Source: Octopus vulgaris (Eukaryota). From it: 64,000 bases of DNA. The first letter of the stretch is position 1, and every line of letters begins with the position of its first letter. Under the pieces are notes generated by a model. That model saw only the letters and a program-made list of their open reading frames with translations, made no database searches and had not been told where the DNA came from. The stretch covers positions 65,162,001-65,226,000 of the forward strand of contig OX597826.1 in NCBI GenBank assembly GCA_951406725.2. The letters run 5' to 3'. Shown piece after piece: positions 1 through 14,489 of the stretch. Position numbers and translations under genes: made by a program.

Positions 1-379
1 ATCCCTCACTAACAACTGACACTAATCCCTTCCATTTTGCCAGTTCCTTTCATACTCCCTCCTCCAATAGTAACTACTTTGTTACTCTCTCCACTACCAC
101 CAACATACAACTATAAATCAGCTTCTCTCAATATTTAGTTTAAGTCATCTCTCTCTCTCTCTCTCTTTCATGTACAGGAATCTCCCTTTAAGCTCCTTAG
201 TCTTACAAATTGCAAGGCAGCATCACTAGTGGTGGTTTTAGAAACAAAGCACCCAGTATACTCTGTAAAGTGATTGGCATTAGGAAGGGCATCTATCCAA
301 TCATAGAAACCATACAAAAATGGGAACACAACATGGTCCTCTAACCCAGCTAACTGTTGAAGCATCCAATCAATGCCAA

Positions 380-399
380 CATATATATGTGTATGTATG

Positions 400-441
<42 letters not shown>

Positions 442-562
442 CATACACACACACATATATAAATATATAATCATATGTAAATATAAATATATAAACACAC
501 ATATACACACAAACACACATACACACAAACACACATACACACACACACACATATATATATAC
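380..562. repeat. Compound (TA)n/(CA)n microsatellite
   Basis: Seen directly. Confidence 0.95.
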
Positions 563-944
563 TAAATCCAAAAAAGAACAAACACAAAAATACAATGCAA
601 GGATGTGGTACATGTAAAGTATTAGCAGATGCTCAGGGAAGGAAAGAAAGATGGTTTAACATTTCAAGCAGACACTCTTCTTTGGAAACAGAGGAAAATC
701 CAATAGAAGGGAAGACGGAAGAAAATCTCCAATGAACACACACACATACTCTACTCTCATACCCACTTGTTGGATATTGCTCTAGAAATCGGACGAGGTG
801 GTGGGGGTGCTGTGGTTCATTGTAATTCACTGAATAAACTCTGTATCAAAGCTCTATGAAAGCTGGCAAGCATTTTCACATATCTTCGTTTCAGGTGATG
901 ACAAAATTCCCACAACTACCTTACTGTAACCATTCCCAAATACT

Positions 945-2360
945 CAATCTCAGGGCCGCTACCATCAATGTTGAAATAATGAAAGGAAAGAGTGGGGAAA
1001 TTGTTGAAATGTTAGAGTGATGCCATGTTGATGTATGTGGCATACAAGAAGATGAAGGGGAGCCTCAGCTAGATTCAAATTCTTCTAGGTCAGCAGGAAT
1101 GATGGAGTGAGTGGAGTAGGTAATTGAAGTAGTCAGAGTATGTGATATAATTAAGATGAGGTACATGTTCTGTGAGTTCATGCATGCTAGGTAATGCACA
1201 ACAGAGAATCAAGACAGCATTGGTGAAAAAATGTCTATGGAATGATAATAGTACACTTCCTCTTATTGACACTGAAGGAAAAAATAAGGTACAGAAATGC
1301 TATTACAAGAGGTAGCTGAATAAGGAAAATGCAAAGGAGTCTTTCTATGGTGAACTCAACAGAGGGATCTAAGTCAATAACAGTAGTAGATAGAATATAC
1401 CAGTGAAATGCTTGAAATCTTTGGTAAAGTTGGTTATGAACTAATCACCCACATAATAAATTTGGAAGTATGGAAAGATGTCATACCAAAAGACTGGTAT
1501 AGTAGCAGTATCATTTACTGCTGCAAGGGTAAAGGAAATTCTCAAGAGTGAGGAAAATATAGAAGTGTCAAACAGAGTAAATAAAGGAAGTTACAGAAGG
1601 ATTTGTAGCTGAACTCATTAGGAGGAGAGCTGACCTAAATGAGATGCAGTTCATCAATGTGTGTGTGTATACACACTGACTGATACCATATTCTTTGTGA
1701 GACAGCTATAGAAGTATTTAGGCAAATGTAAGCCACTAATAAATGGCATTCGTTAAACCAGAGAAGACTTAAAATAGGGTTCTATACACAGAAACTGAGT
1801 GGTCTCAGAGAAAGCTAGAGGGAGATCAATGGCCTGTGAGTTGCAGTCAGCAATGAGTTCAACAACAAATAAACATTTTGGTAGGTGCCTATCAGTGCTC
1901 AATCTTCAGCCCTGTTCTGCCTTCCAAGCTATAATGGAGGAGTTCAAGACTAGCTATCCATGAGAACTCTTAAATGCAGATGACATCATTTTTACAGCTC
2001 AATTGATTTAGAGATAAAATTTTAGCCATGGAAACAAAATATAGAATTGAGAGACCACAGAGTAAACTTAGCAGAGTCTAAAGAGAGAAAGAAGACAGGT
2101 CCCTGTTATCATTAGGGAAATGGCCATGTTCATATACAGAAAAGAAGTAGGCATTTCATCAGTGTACCCACTGTAAATTATAGAAGCACAAGATATATAA
2201 TGGGATGAAAGGTAGGTCAACAGATATGCAGCAGATGCACAGGGACAAAAAGCATTAAGAACTCACAGAAAATAGATTTTCTAAAATGCTCAGAAGGCTC
2301 CCTGAAAGTAGTTGATAGCTTTTATTACTTAGGTGACTTAATTATCAGTAGGTGTGATCA
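945..2360 (+). mobile_element. Decayed RTE-clade LINE
   Basis: Broken endonuclease start, RT-like ELL(N)ADD ~1963-1985, LKVVDSFYYLGDL ~2303-2340; many stops and indels; boundaries approximate. Confidence 0.75.
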
Positions 2361-2369
2361 TTCTGGGGA

Positions 2370-4580
2370 AAATTTTATATAAAATTTTGTGGAGCTTGAA
2401 GAGAAGATAATAAATCATGGAGATTGTTTTGATGATTGTCAGCCAGCTACTGAAAATAAAATGAGTTCTTTACAAAACTTGCAGTATGAATTAACAATTG
2501 AAAAGCCTCTGAAAGTGTAAAGGGCAACTGTGCAACAAGGGTTGAGAACGATTAAAAACACATGGTGATTAAATATCTCAAGTAAGTTTCAAGTCGTTTT
2601 TGATAAAGAGGATTCTAAAATTCTATATGCTCTTTTGTGCCAAGTCTTGGAAAACGATTATCTGTTGTAGTTATTCTAGAATCCGAGAATGGCATGGTAT
2701 TATTAAAGATGCAGTCAGTATCATACAGTATTGGAAAGAACACTTGCTGTCTTCTTTTTCAGTCCCACAATGTTAGATGGTGCAACTGTTGATAGTTTAT
2801 TTCAACAAAGTTCACTTCATTGTATGCATTGTAAGCCTATGGAGGGTGAAGTAGTTCTGGCAATTAAGATCAATACTGGTAAAGCACCAGGATTAAGACA
2901 GAAGTATCCAATCCAACAGAACTATTGCAAACTAAAGGTGAAAAGTTTTTGTCTGCCATACTTAATAACAAACAACAGAAAAAGAAATTCTATACCACAA
3001 GTCTAGATTAATGAAATTTTTAGCTAAAATACATGAAGATAAAGAATCCAATGTGGTATCACTGTCTTAGAATCCATTGACAAAAGTCTATTTAGACTGT
3101 TGTTCAATTGGTTAATAAAAGACATCTAACCCTCAATGCTAACTGAAATACAATCAGGCATTAGATCAGGATTTTTCTCTGCAAGATAACTTCAAGGAAA
3201 ATGCATTGAAGAGCAGGTGCAACTATATCAAATCTTTGTTGACTTAAAGACCTTCAATACTATTAACAAAAAGCACCGAAGAAAGTTCTTGGAAAGTTGG
3301 ATTCATCACCATCATTATTTAATCTCCATTTCACATGATGGTATGGAATGGATGGTTTGACAGGAGCTGACCAGCTGAAGAGCTGTTCAGGGTCCATATC
3401 TGGTTTGGCATGGTTTCTTTGACTGGATGCCTTTCATAACATCAACCACTTTACAGAGTGCACTGGATGCTTTTACAGAGCACCAGCACAGGTGCTTTTA
3501 TGTTGCACCAGCACCTACAAACCCACAAGATAAAGGAGGCTCATGTGACATTCAGCAGGCAACTTTCTAATGAAATTGCTATAGAGAAAGGAGTTAAACA
3601 ATGTGAAATCCCAGCCTTTACACTAATTTTAAAGTGTACAGGTGAAAATCTGATTTTCATGTTGCATATCATATCAAGACAAAAGACATTTATAATGGAA
3701 TTTAATTTACCTGTGTAAATCTTCGGACAAGACATGTTTTTCCAACACCAGCATTTCCTATTAACACTACCTTGAAAAGGTATTTATAATCTTCCATGGA
3801 GAATTCTACAACAACAACAATAAAAGAAATAAAAGAATATACAACGATAATAATAATAGAAACAACTGAATATAATTGCAATAATGATCAAATATAACTA
3901 CAGGTATAGAAGAAAGGTATGTTTGCTAACAGTTATGATTTGGAAACAGAATTTCAACATTCTGACAGATGAAAACAATAACATTTGTAGCAATCAGAGT
4001 ACATCAGTACTGAGAAAAATTTAAAGCAAATCAGATACCAGGCACCCATCCACAAAATAACACTCATCCTTGGTGAGCTGGAAGAAAATACACCTTACAC
4101 CAGCTCCACTTTCTCAGGCTCAGTAGATGTACTTTAGGGCCCAGGTTGATGAGCTACCTGATGTAAAGAACTAAAATGTCTGGGAAAATATGTGCATACC
4201 AATGAAACAATGCAAGCATTGTCCACCTACATTGTTCCTAACAAGAAACATTTCTTCTCAGTACATTTCTGGGTGAGATTTACCAAACAGGATATCACCG
4301 CATGCAAATTTCTACAAGTCTTGTGAAATGTGCTGATCTAATGAAATTGTCAGCCTCCAAAACCACTTTTATGTGAAACAGATTGAACAGGATTCCAACT
4401 AAACCAGATCTACATCTGGTTATCTCAACCATGACATGGAGATAGGATTTGAAGTTCACTATGACTAATCCATCCCTCTGCCTGCACCCTTTCAAATTGC
4501 TAATGAAAAACTTCCTACAAACACATCTGCAAGTTATGCGCTATACATCAATCCAGGACTAACAGAAACCATATCACACG
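2370..4580 (+). mobile_element. Second decayed RTE-like LINE, interrupted by a SINE fragment
   Basis: GKAPG, QSGIRSG, FSAR.LQGKCIE, LYQIFVDL and GVKQ RT motifs in broken frames. Confidence 0.7.
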
Positions 4581-6127
4581 AGCTATCATTACTATATAAA
4601 TATTAATAGTTTCTTCTGAGAACAAGCGAATGATTTGTGAAAACAAAATATTTGCTATAAGAAAAATTTAACAATTACAAATGGTAAGGGTTACTTCATC
4701 TTGTTTTAGGATCAATATGATTTTGTGAGGATTTACTATTTAAGATGGATTTAGAAAATGAAGTTACTGAATACAGAAGGGTAATGATGCACAAATTTTG
4801 CAGACATAGGAACAGTTGACAACTGCTTATAGGTATTATATAGTGTTCTTTACCATATTTATCACCAAAGGATGGTAATTTTTAAAAAAAGTAAAGAAAC
4901 CTATAACCTTGCAGTTTTTTTTTTTTTTGGTTACAAATCTGACTCAAATCATTTCCAAAAGTCACAAAGATCCATGGTCCAGTATTCAACACCCATCCTC
5001 AATGATAAAAAATAAATTACTAAGACACTGACCTATCACAGATAGTTTTCCAGCAGGAGGAATTGAACTCAAACTACAAAACCAATAAGTATATACTGTT
5101 GCTGCATATATTGGTGAATATAGGACTTTTGTACTCTAGTTAGAGCTAGATGGCTTGATAATGGACACACATAACATTAAGAGGCAGGATACAAGCTGCT
5201 AACTTCTGACATTAACTAATACTCAGCCATTTGAACTTTCCTTTTAGCTATTAATAACATATTACCAGTAATATTACAAAATAAAAAGAAAAGAAAAAAG
5301 AAACCCACAAACTTGTTAAACCTTGAAATAATGAAACAAGTACTAGAACAAAATAAAATAGATTTATGTGACTTAGTTTACAATGAATATACTTCAAGAA
5401 TAAAGGAATTTTTGCAATATATAACAGAGAAGTTATCACTGAAAGAAGGTGAAATGACAAATTACACAAAAACTATGTCATCTATCAAATATGATTTTTA
5501 CATTTAATGTCATTATTGATCTGAATTAGATCAATATTCACAATTTTCATACTTCAGACCCAATTATGAACAGCAAATTGGAATAGCCATTAGAGCATTA
5601 GATAAAATGACTCACAATATTTGTTCCAATTCACTGTATGCTGTACTGGTGCCTGTGTCATGTGAAAAAGTGTGGGTGCCACATAAAAAGCATCCAGTAC
5701 ACTTTGTAAAGTGGTTGGTGTCAGGAAGGGCATCCAGCCATAAAGACCATGCTAGAACAGACAAATGGCACCTGGTGCAGCCCCTGTCAAACTGTCCAAC
5801 CCATGCCAATATGGAAAATGGACATTAAATGATAAGAACATTGAACTAGATACCTTGCAGTACCTGTGAAAGCTATAACCCTTCTGAATTCAAACCTAAT
5901 CTGTCACCTGGTTTAACTCCACCACCTGACATTTTGGGTACCTTTAATGGAGTTCATGCAGGTGCAAGCTTTCAAATCAGGTTTCCGGTTTGATAATATC
6001 TTCAAACCTTCCTCTTACCAGTCTTGGAAGCACTGTAAAGTGTTATGAGCATTGCTGCTCTTGTTGAGTAAAAGATTCTAAAAAAGGAAAAAAAAAAATG
6101 TTCCTAAAATCTGATTATTTCTTTTAA

Positions 6128-6420
6128 GTGCAGACGTTTGCTTCCCAACCACATGGTTCCAAGTTCAGACCCACTGTATGGCACACCGGATTGTCTTCTA
6201 CTATATCCTTGGGCCAACCAAAGCCTTGTGAGTGGATTGGATACATGGAAACTGAAAGAAGCCCATCATGTCTTTGTCCCCCACTGCTGCTTGAGAACCA
6301 GTGTTGGTGTGCTTACATCCATGTAACTTAGTGATTTGGCAGAGTACCAGGCTTAAAAAATAAATAACTTTCCATTCATATATGGCTGCAGTCTTATGAC
6401 TGAAACAAATGGAAATGGTA
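6128..6420 (+). mobile_element. tRNA-derived SINE (main family)
   Basis: Shared core CCAAAGCCTTGTGAGTGGATT...GGAAACTGAAAGAAGCC seen in many copies in the window. Confidence 0.75.
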
Positions 6421-9400
6421 AAAAGATAAACAGACACTGCAGAATCCCAAATTACTTTCCCCTTCTACTCCCTTCCACCAATAGAGTGCCTTCCAGTCTT
6501 TCTGCATTCATTCACTGCTCTCGCTTAGATTTTTCTCTCAGCGCCCTCTCTCTACAGCCTCCCCACCAGGGATATACTTTCTCTGCATTCACATTCTGCT
6601 CTCATCTCTACTTCTATGGTGCCCTCCGGCCTCTTTCTCTCCCTGCTTTTGTAGAACTCACCATTCCTCTGCTCTCTGCCTTACATTCTCTCCCCACAGC
6701 TCCTCCACCACCTCATCAACCCCTCATTTCACCATCTTTAGCCTATTTTCATGAACACCCAGACCACTCTTTTCTTCAATTTCTCCAGATGCACATCACA
6801 CAGGACTACCACACTTTTATATTCTCTTCCTCTCACACCATCCTTTCATGCTTGCCCTTATGATGTGGTTAGCTCTAAAACCCCCAACAAAACTCATCAC
6901 CCTGTCCCTCCCTTTCTCGTTAACCCTTCCTTGTCCTCCTCCTCAGTGTCTATTTTGTTACTCTCCCCACTTCCACCCTCTCGCAACTATCAATTTGTTC
7001 CTCTCTGTCCTTTACCCTCTCTCATTAACATGTCTGAAATCAGCATAGCCTCTCTCTGTTATAAGGACTCTTTTAGACCCCTAGACTTGCAAACTGCAAG
7101 GTGACCTCACTGATGTTGGTGCCACGAAAAGCACCCAGTACACACTCTAAAGAGGTTAGAAAGGTAGCCAGCTGTAGAAACCATGCCAAAGCAGAGAGAG
7201 AGAGAGAGTACAATGTGGTCCTCCAACAAGTTGAATGCTGTCAAACCGTCCAATCCATGTCAGCACGAAAAACGCACATTAAATGATGATGATGACAAAT
7301 ATTATTGTTGTTAATAGTCCTAAGTCTGAGTTTGTATTCTACAATGAACATGAACGTTCCTAATCACAGACTCCAAACACACAACCATTCATGGTAACCA
7401 GACATAAATGTGTTACGAAAAACAACTGGGTTTATGAGTGGAATGGTCACATAGGAACCTATATAATTTAAACCATTCAGGTCTTAATATACTTAGACAA
7501 GGTTGAATATACATAAAGTTAACAATTGTTCTCACAATAATTTAAATACAAATCTGGACGGTGTGAAAAAAACAGAATATTTGCATACGTGCTATTTAAA
7601 CAAACTGTGGTGGACAAGTTGGGTTAAGCATCAAAGAAATGAGAGATGTTGAGCGAACTGCCACTTCTGCCAACAATGTCAATGCTTATCTCTGCATCTG
7701 AATAGCAGATTGTGTAATTCTTGAGTGTAAAGTATGAAATAACAAGGTAATGAAGAGGAGAAAAACCTACAGGTCAATGATCGACTGGATATAAGGTTTC
7801 GAGTTTCAACTCTGCAATAGCTATTGTACACTTGTCTCCCAATAAGATACATGTTCCATTTGCAAGTGGGTTGTCATTTGATTTTTTCAAATAAACATCA
7901 AAAAAGATGTGTGTAGTATGTGTGTGTCCGTGCGTGTGTACACACACGTATACACCTGGTGAATTCCGAAAGAGGCTTCACTACGTATAAATACTGCATT
8001 GCATTATGTATTAAATCAATCAATCCCAATGTAAGAAAAGAATAATAATAATAATAACAACAACCTTCCGTTCATATATTAAACTAGGTAAAACAGGAAT
8101 AGAAAAGAATTACCATTCAATAATAACAATCTGGTTGACTGTCGACTATGTTATTTATGACGAAGTATCAAAGAATACCTTTTAGATCTAAAAAAAAAAG
8201 CCAGTAGACTTTATACTATTACTCTTTAGACTCTAACCTATTATATGACACTTGGTTAAAAAACAAAAAAACTGTTCATGGCAATTTTAAAATGGGCTAT
8301 TCGCAATTAGGATTTGTAGGGAACAGTGATTCTCACTGAGTGCTAAAACCAAACCTTTTTGGAGAAATATAGTTCTTCGTAATCCTTTTGCGATTTCCAA
8401 CTTCAGAGACAACCACTTACAGTGTTTTAAAAATGGTTTAAAATAATCACTTTTTTCAGCTTACATCATCAACAAGAATTGTATTTTCGCCAGAATATTT
8501 ATTGCTATTTAGCCTCGAGTCAGTCCAGATCGGGCAGGCCTATCATCAAAAGCGTTCCAGCCGTAATCATCCCGTCTCTTGTATATTTTTATGACTACGC
8601 TATCCAACGTGTCTTTCCGATTTCATGATGATGTGAGTAAACTGAGGAAGATCTGGCTGTTATTTCTAGCATATCGAGCAACTACGAAGAAGATCCCTCA
8701 TCTATCTCTCCCTCAAAAATATACATCATACATAATTGGTCCCATTACACATTTGTTTATTTCCATTCTAATGTCCTCTTTTTTGCCCTTGTAGAAAATA
8801 AAGTAGTCGGCATCGTCATTGCTATTACATTACCCTCGTTAAATTTTCGTCAACAGAATTATTATTACCATAAATGCCCAAGTGAACCTTGAAGAAATTC
8901 CTATAAATCAATATATGCAATGTATTCAACATTACCAAACATAAATGTATTGTTTAATGCAAAGCCTTATTCATCGTTACCATTATCTCACAACCACTTC
9001 ATCCTGAAAATACCGAAAAGACACAACTACAAGCTAACGTGGAAGCCTCTATGTGGTAATTCGACCCGCTAAAAACAGCATCCAAATCTCTCTAAATCAC
9101 ACATTTCTGCATTATGAAAATGAAAAAAAGATATAATTGATAATGTAGAAATATATATATACACACACACACACAATTAAAAAAAAAAGATTCAAACAGG
9201 AGGGTCACAGAATGCTTGTCATCATAGGTCTGCTCGCCCATGGTAAAACCTATTGTTAAATAATAAATTCAAAAAAGAAGCCTTTTTTTATATATATATT
9301 TGTATTATGCATCTCACAATAATTCAGTGGTATTCATATTTAGAATCAATTACCTATTTAACTTCAATCTGATATATATTTTAGGGTCCGAAGTTTATAA

Positions 9401-10099
9401 TACTACCTATACTACTTGGTTATTCTGAAGGTGGACGAGCTCTATACTGCACTACCAAGTTCCTAACGAAATACAACATAAATGACTATATATATGTGTA
9501 TGTATATATATGTGTATGTATATATATGTGTGTGTGTGTATTCATTACTCGCAACAGTAAATATTCCTAGGAATATCTCTCTACCTTATATATATATTAT
9601 ACGCACACCTATCTACCCATATATATATATATATTATGCATAATCTGTAGCAGTGTATTTTATAATTGTATGAATTCATATTTTCAGTAGAATGAATCAA
9701 AATAAGTATTAAAGCGAAAGAAGGAAAAAGATGACCAAGTTTAAAATTTGGATTTAAATTGATCTGATTTGTAGTGATATATATATATAGACACACACAC
9801 AGGCATAATTTATTTCTAAAATTAATTTACAGCTCACAAACTGACAATAGAGATATACATCCAAGAGAATTAACAACGTAGATGAATATTTGCGATATTT
9901 AGGTTTGGGGTTTTTTAAGAAAAAATGCTACATTATCATTAGAAAATATATAAAATTTAAAAGGCAACACACCCACTTCGTCGTCTGCTCACATCCCATA
10001 CAGACACTATAGCAAAAGCTTCAATGATTAAGCAATTAATTTAAAATGTGGTCAGTTGATTTAATAGATAAACAAACAAAAATATGATAATTGGCTTAC

Positions 10100-10256
10100 C
10101 TTATGGAAGATCTTCGCGAAAAATAGTAATATTCCTGGGGAAGCTGTACAAGAATTTAAAGATCAATGAGAGAAGGGTGGTGATGTAAGATATTAAAGGT
10201 TTATATATAGGGACAATCAGAAGAGAATCATATCAAGAATAGGAGATAATGTGGCA
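10100..10256 (-). other. Probable non-coding exon (5'UTR or lncRNA) of a gene divergent from PCF11
   Basis: On -: TTTTTCTTTCTTTAG| acceptor and AAG|GTAAGC donor bracket 157 nt; stops in all three frames. Confidence 0.6.
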
Positions 10257-10539
10257 CTAAAGAAAGAAAAAGCTGTATTAAAGCATAAAATATATTTTAC
10301 TTTTAATTATCAAACTATATATATATATATAGATAGATAGATATGTATATCTATATATATAGATATATATATGCACACATACACAGAGGCAGACAGTCAG
10401 ATGTTTATCTTCCAGAAATAGGTCTAACAAGTTATTGAATGGCTTTTATGAATAAGGCGTAAAATATAGAAAAACATAAGATTACTGAACGTACATCTAA
10501 ATAAATATATATCTAAATAATGTTTATGGAATCATATAA

Positions 10540-11200
10540 AAATGGCGTTAACCTCTCACACTGACAAATAATTTTAAATAATATTGGCAACAAAACAAAA
10601 TACCAGAGATTCACGGTGACCAAAAAGTTCGGCAGTAAATCCCGTTAGCTTCCGGTTTTTTTAACCATTTCTATATTTGACTTTATAATCTTCCGTTCCT
10701 TTTGAATTTAAATTAGAATAAATATAAGAATGTTTTATTTTTGTCAATATTTTTTTTTAAAGATTATGAAAATATATTTCTTTTCTCGTGAACTAATTTT
10801 TCAATCACATATGTAGACTTATTTACCGCAAAAACTGTATTAACTGTTCGCTAATTTGAGTGAACTCGATCTATATTTTTTAAGTGTTGATAAAATTTCA
10901 ACATAAACTGCATAAATTCTTAAAGCGCATTTTATCTTAAATAGAAAAAGGAAGTAGAAGCGAGTGTTATTCTATTAAAATATATATATATATATATATA
11001 AATGATTCCAAGAATTCAAGTGAACTTCTTTCCTTAAAATTTATTTCTTTACAATGAAAGGGGGGGGGTATTTCGAATCACGTGTGCAAACAATATAGAC
11101 CAATGAGAACGTCAGTCGGTGATTCTGCGTAAGCGCGAGCCGTCTACGTCATTGTCCTGCGTCTCTTAGCTGTTACTTCGACTTCTCTTGAAGATGTCTA
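10540..11200. promoter_or_regulatory. Probable bidirectional promoter of PCF11 and a divergent transcript
   Basis: CpG-retaining. E-box TCACGTG ~11078, CCAAT ~11100, two ACGTCA half-CRE sites, ETS-like CTTCCG at ~10650 and ~10690. YY1-type CGCCATNTT on - at 10539-10547 and on + at ~11684. Confidence 0.65.
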
Positions 11201-11426
11201 ACAGAATTATAGCATTGTGAAAGAGAACAGCAACACTAAATATATATATCGCTACTAGAAAGTAATTTTGCAGGCAGGAAGTTTTTTTTTTTTTTTATAT
11301 ATTTTTCCAATATCTATTTTTTATGGAGCAGTTCTGAAGTTGGTGAAATTTCTCCTTATATCAAAAAGCTTTAAACAGAAGATTTCACTAGACTATATAT
11401 ATATATATATATATATACATGAGAAA

Positions 11427-11585
11427 ATGGCTGATGCCGAAGAAGTGATAGATAGCTACCGTTCGTCTCTTGCTGACTTGACGATTAATAGCAAGCCACT
11501 AATCAGTATGTTGACCATGCTTGCCGAAGATCATATCCAGTATGCCCAACACATCGTTCAGCTGATCGAGCAGCATTTACAAAAG
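11427..11585 (+). CDS. PCF11: PCF11 coding exon 1 (start of CTD-interacting domain, CID)
   Basis: MADAEEVIDSYRSSLADLTINSKPLISMLTMLAED matches the Pcf11 CID N-terminus (Y.SSL.DLT.NSKP.I..LT.LAE). Ends AAG|GTTTCG, phase 0. Confidence 0.95.
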
Positions 11586-14489
11586 GTTTCGCTTTCTACA
11601 TTTTTTTTTTTAGGATTCTATCAATTCGCCATCGGATTTCAATCAATATTTTTGTTTCTTTTTTTTTATGTTTATTCCGCGACCGCCATCTTTGGTTTTG
11701 TGTGATTGAAATTTGAGTGCGAAATGAAAGGTTCTCTTATTATTATTATAATAATTCTACTTTATGTGTTTGTGTTTTTTTTTTATACTTTTTCTCCTTC
11801 TTCTTCCAGTAATTGTATTGTGTAAATTTTCTTATTCCTTCCTTCCCTTTTTTTTTAAATGCGAATCATATAAGTAAATAATTCAGTATAGTATAACTCC
11901 TTGATTGAATTCATAATATAGGTCAGTTAATGTTTGTTTCATGACCTCTAGTTGTAGCTATTTTTCTCCTTTTTCCGTATATAATATTTTATTTCAAACT
12001 GATTTATAATTTAGTGGAACGTTTAAGCTGTCATAAATCACGATCATTTTATTTATTTATCATAACTATAGGTTCAAATATTTCTTATAATGCTTAACGT
12101 TTTTAGTAAATAATTCAATGGACGACACACAGTCTTCTCTAGTTTGAGACGAGTTGGGTGTAAAACTACAGAATTAACAATCTGAAACTTGTTACACAAC
12201 CATAAGTAATGATTCAGAGTTAAATACGAAAGGCAATTTTTTGTAGAAACTGAAACAGGATTGTACACACACTTCGTTTAGTAAGCAATAATGGAACTAA
12301 TGTATTCTTAATGTTAAGCATACGGATGGATTTGAAAAAGCTTCAAACAAGATCGATTCTTTTTTTCTATTCATTTTAGCTTTCCAAAGAAAGCAACGTT
12401 TTTAGAAAATTTGCAAATCCTCGTGATTACAAAAGAATGTCTCAGTTCCATCGAGGTGTTTTGTATTGCTCTATGGTTATTTTATATAGATTAACGCATT
12501 CGACATAACAGATTGGTGTCCCACCCGACTCTGCTACCCTGTAACTGTTTTTTTTTTTAAATGCAATATTTTTTTAATTGTTAGTAATTTTTGACAAAAT
12601 TAGAAGCAAAAGTTGGGGTGGGAGCATTGGCACCCTCCTCCCTGTTACCGCTAATTTCTGTAGCTTTAGCATTTAATTTATTTATTTTAATGATTTATGT
12701 TTGAAACCCTTACATTCGCAAACCCATACCCTCGAAAAAGTATTTCCATACAATTTTATTTTGAATTTTTTCCCCCTAAAACATAATCTAAACTCTACGA
12801 AATTCCTTTTAAAATATGCTGTTTCAATTTGTAGTTATTCCTAATTTTCATCTTCCCTCTTATTGCGAATTTTAGTGTGTAAATCGTTATTAAATGCAAT
12901 TCATTTACTTGCTTTAGATAGGATAATTAATTATTCAGTTAATTTTCGAAGAGCTTTTAGTTATTTTGGAACGGCGTGTTTCTCGTGTACTTAAATCTCT
13001 GAATTTTGTGTGTGTGTATTTAATTTACTTCTATTGCCAATATTACTCCTATTATTTGTCTTTCCTATTATTTTCACATTCTTCTAAACTTTAGTGTATA
13101 TGTACTTCGTGGAAGGAATCGCGTATGTTTTAGTATTCTAAGTTATTTCTACTAATATCATGCAATATGGTGCCACTGGAGTCGAATATTTAAAACTGTG
13201 TATGTATATGTGTGTGTATATATATATAATAATGATTCGTGCTAGTTTGCAATATTTTTTTAACCACGCGGTGTCTGAATTTTTATCTTCGTTTGTATGA
13301 CTTCATGTGTAGTGTGTGTATGTATGTATATATATATATGCATCCACAAATATGGTATACATGATACACAGCCTGTGAGGTGGGAGTAAAAGTAAATGAA
13401 GGATGCTTTCTTTTTTTTTTTACACGTTATTACGCTGCATTTTATTTATATATAATTTAATCCGTCCATTTAGTGTTATTTCGTAATCATTTCATGTCTG
13501 CACAGGTCTTTACACTATTAGAGTATATGTAATATATGTCTACCGTTGTAGCAGTTATCACTGTCGAACGCGTATGAAAGCCAAGCTTGTACAACTTGTG
13601 ACATACAATGGTTGGCTTGTGCAGGGTGGACTGTAGCCCGAACACATTGATTCGTTTTCTAGTCTGTTAGATAAGTTTTTATTCTGAAACCCCCCAAAAA
13701 ATTACAGGAGATAAAACATCAGTAATTAATTTCAGAATGGGCATAGCATATAGTAGTCAAAAAAAAACAATTTTTCAATTAGCATAATTTTATTGGGTCA
13801 ATGTTTTCGTCGTGACCCTATTGGGTTTAATGTTGTATACTATGTGAAATTTAGTTTCATCCGTCTCCAGTTAGTATTTTCTTTGTATTTGTTTTCCCTC
13901 CGACAACTAAACCACCTCCATGTTCTTGAAACACTCCTTGTTTAGTAGTAACTGGGCGGGGTTTCCGTTAATAGACCTTTCACCCTCTCCTTCCCCGAAT
14001 TTTATTCTAATTAGCATGGTTGTTTCCCTTTTATCACTTTAGCACAATAGAAATAGCTCGTAGAAAACGTCAACTCTTGTGTGTATACACACACGATGTT
14101 GTAGTCTTTGAAGTAAAGGAGCGGCTCTAGAGTTAACTGCAATGCAAGATTTGTTTTGTTTTTACCATTATCTTATGGAAAGCTTAAAATTCGTCTTTAA
14201 AAATTGTACTTTTTGTAATGACATACTAACTCTCCCCTTGCTTGCCATTAGAGGTTCGTCATACAAAAATATTTAAAAGAAGAATTTTCCGATAATCTTT
14301 TTAATCTTTGTACATATAAAATGTCGAACATCATACTGGAGTAGACTAAAAGCGAACAAATAATCGTTATAATTGGCAGTATCAAATAGCAGGATGTCTT
14401 TTTTTTATATTTATTAGTTATTTCATATATTTTAAGTCTTTAGTTGTTTTTCTTAGTAGCTATAAAAATGCACTTTTACAAGAAAAGAA

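Noticed and set aside
168-613. YIYI/CVCV ORFs here and throughout the window
   Set aside because: Translations of (TA)n and (CA)n microsatellites
5313-5507. Protein-like 64-aa ORF
   Set aside because: No recognisable homology or convincing splice sites; cannot be supported
6396-7104. ORFs of 155 and 117 aa
   Set aside because: Pyrimidine-rich low-complexity sequence, no splice or domain support
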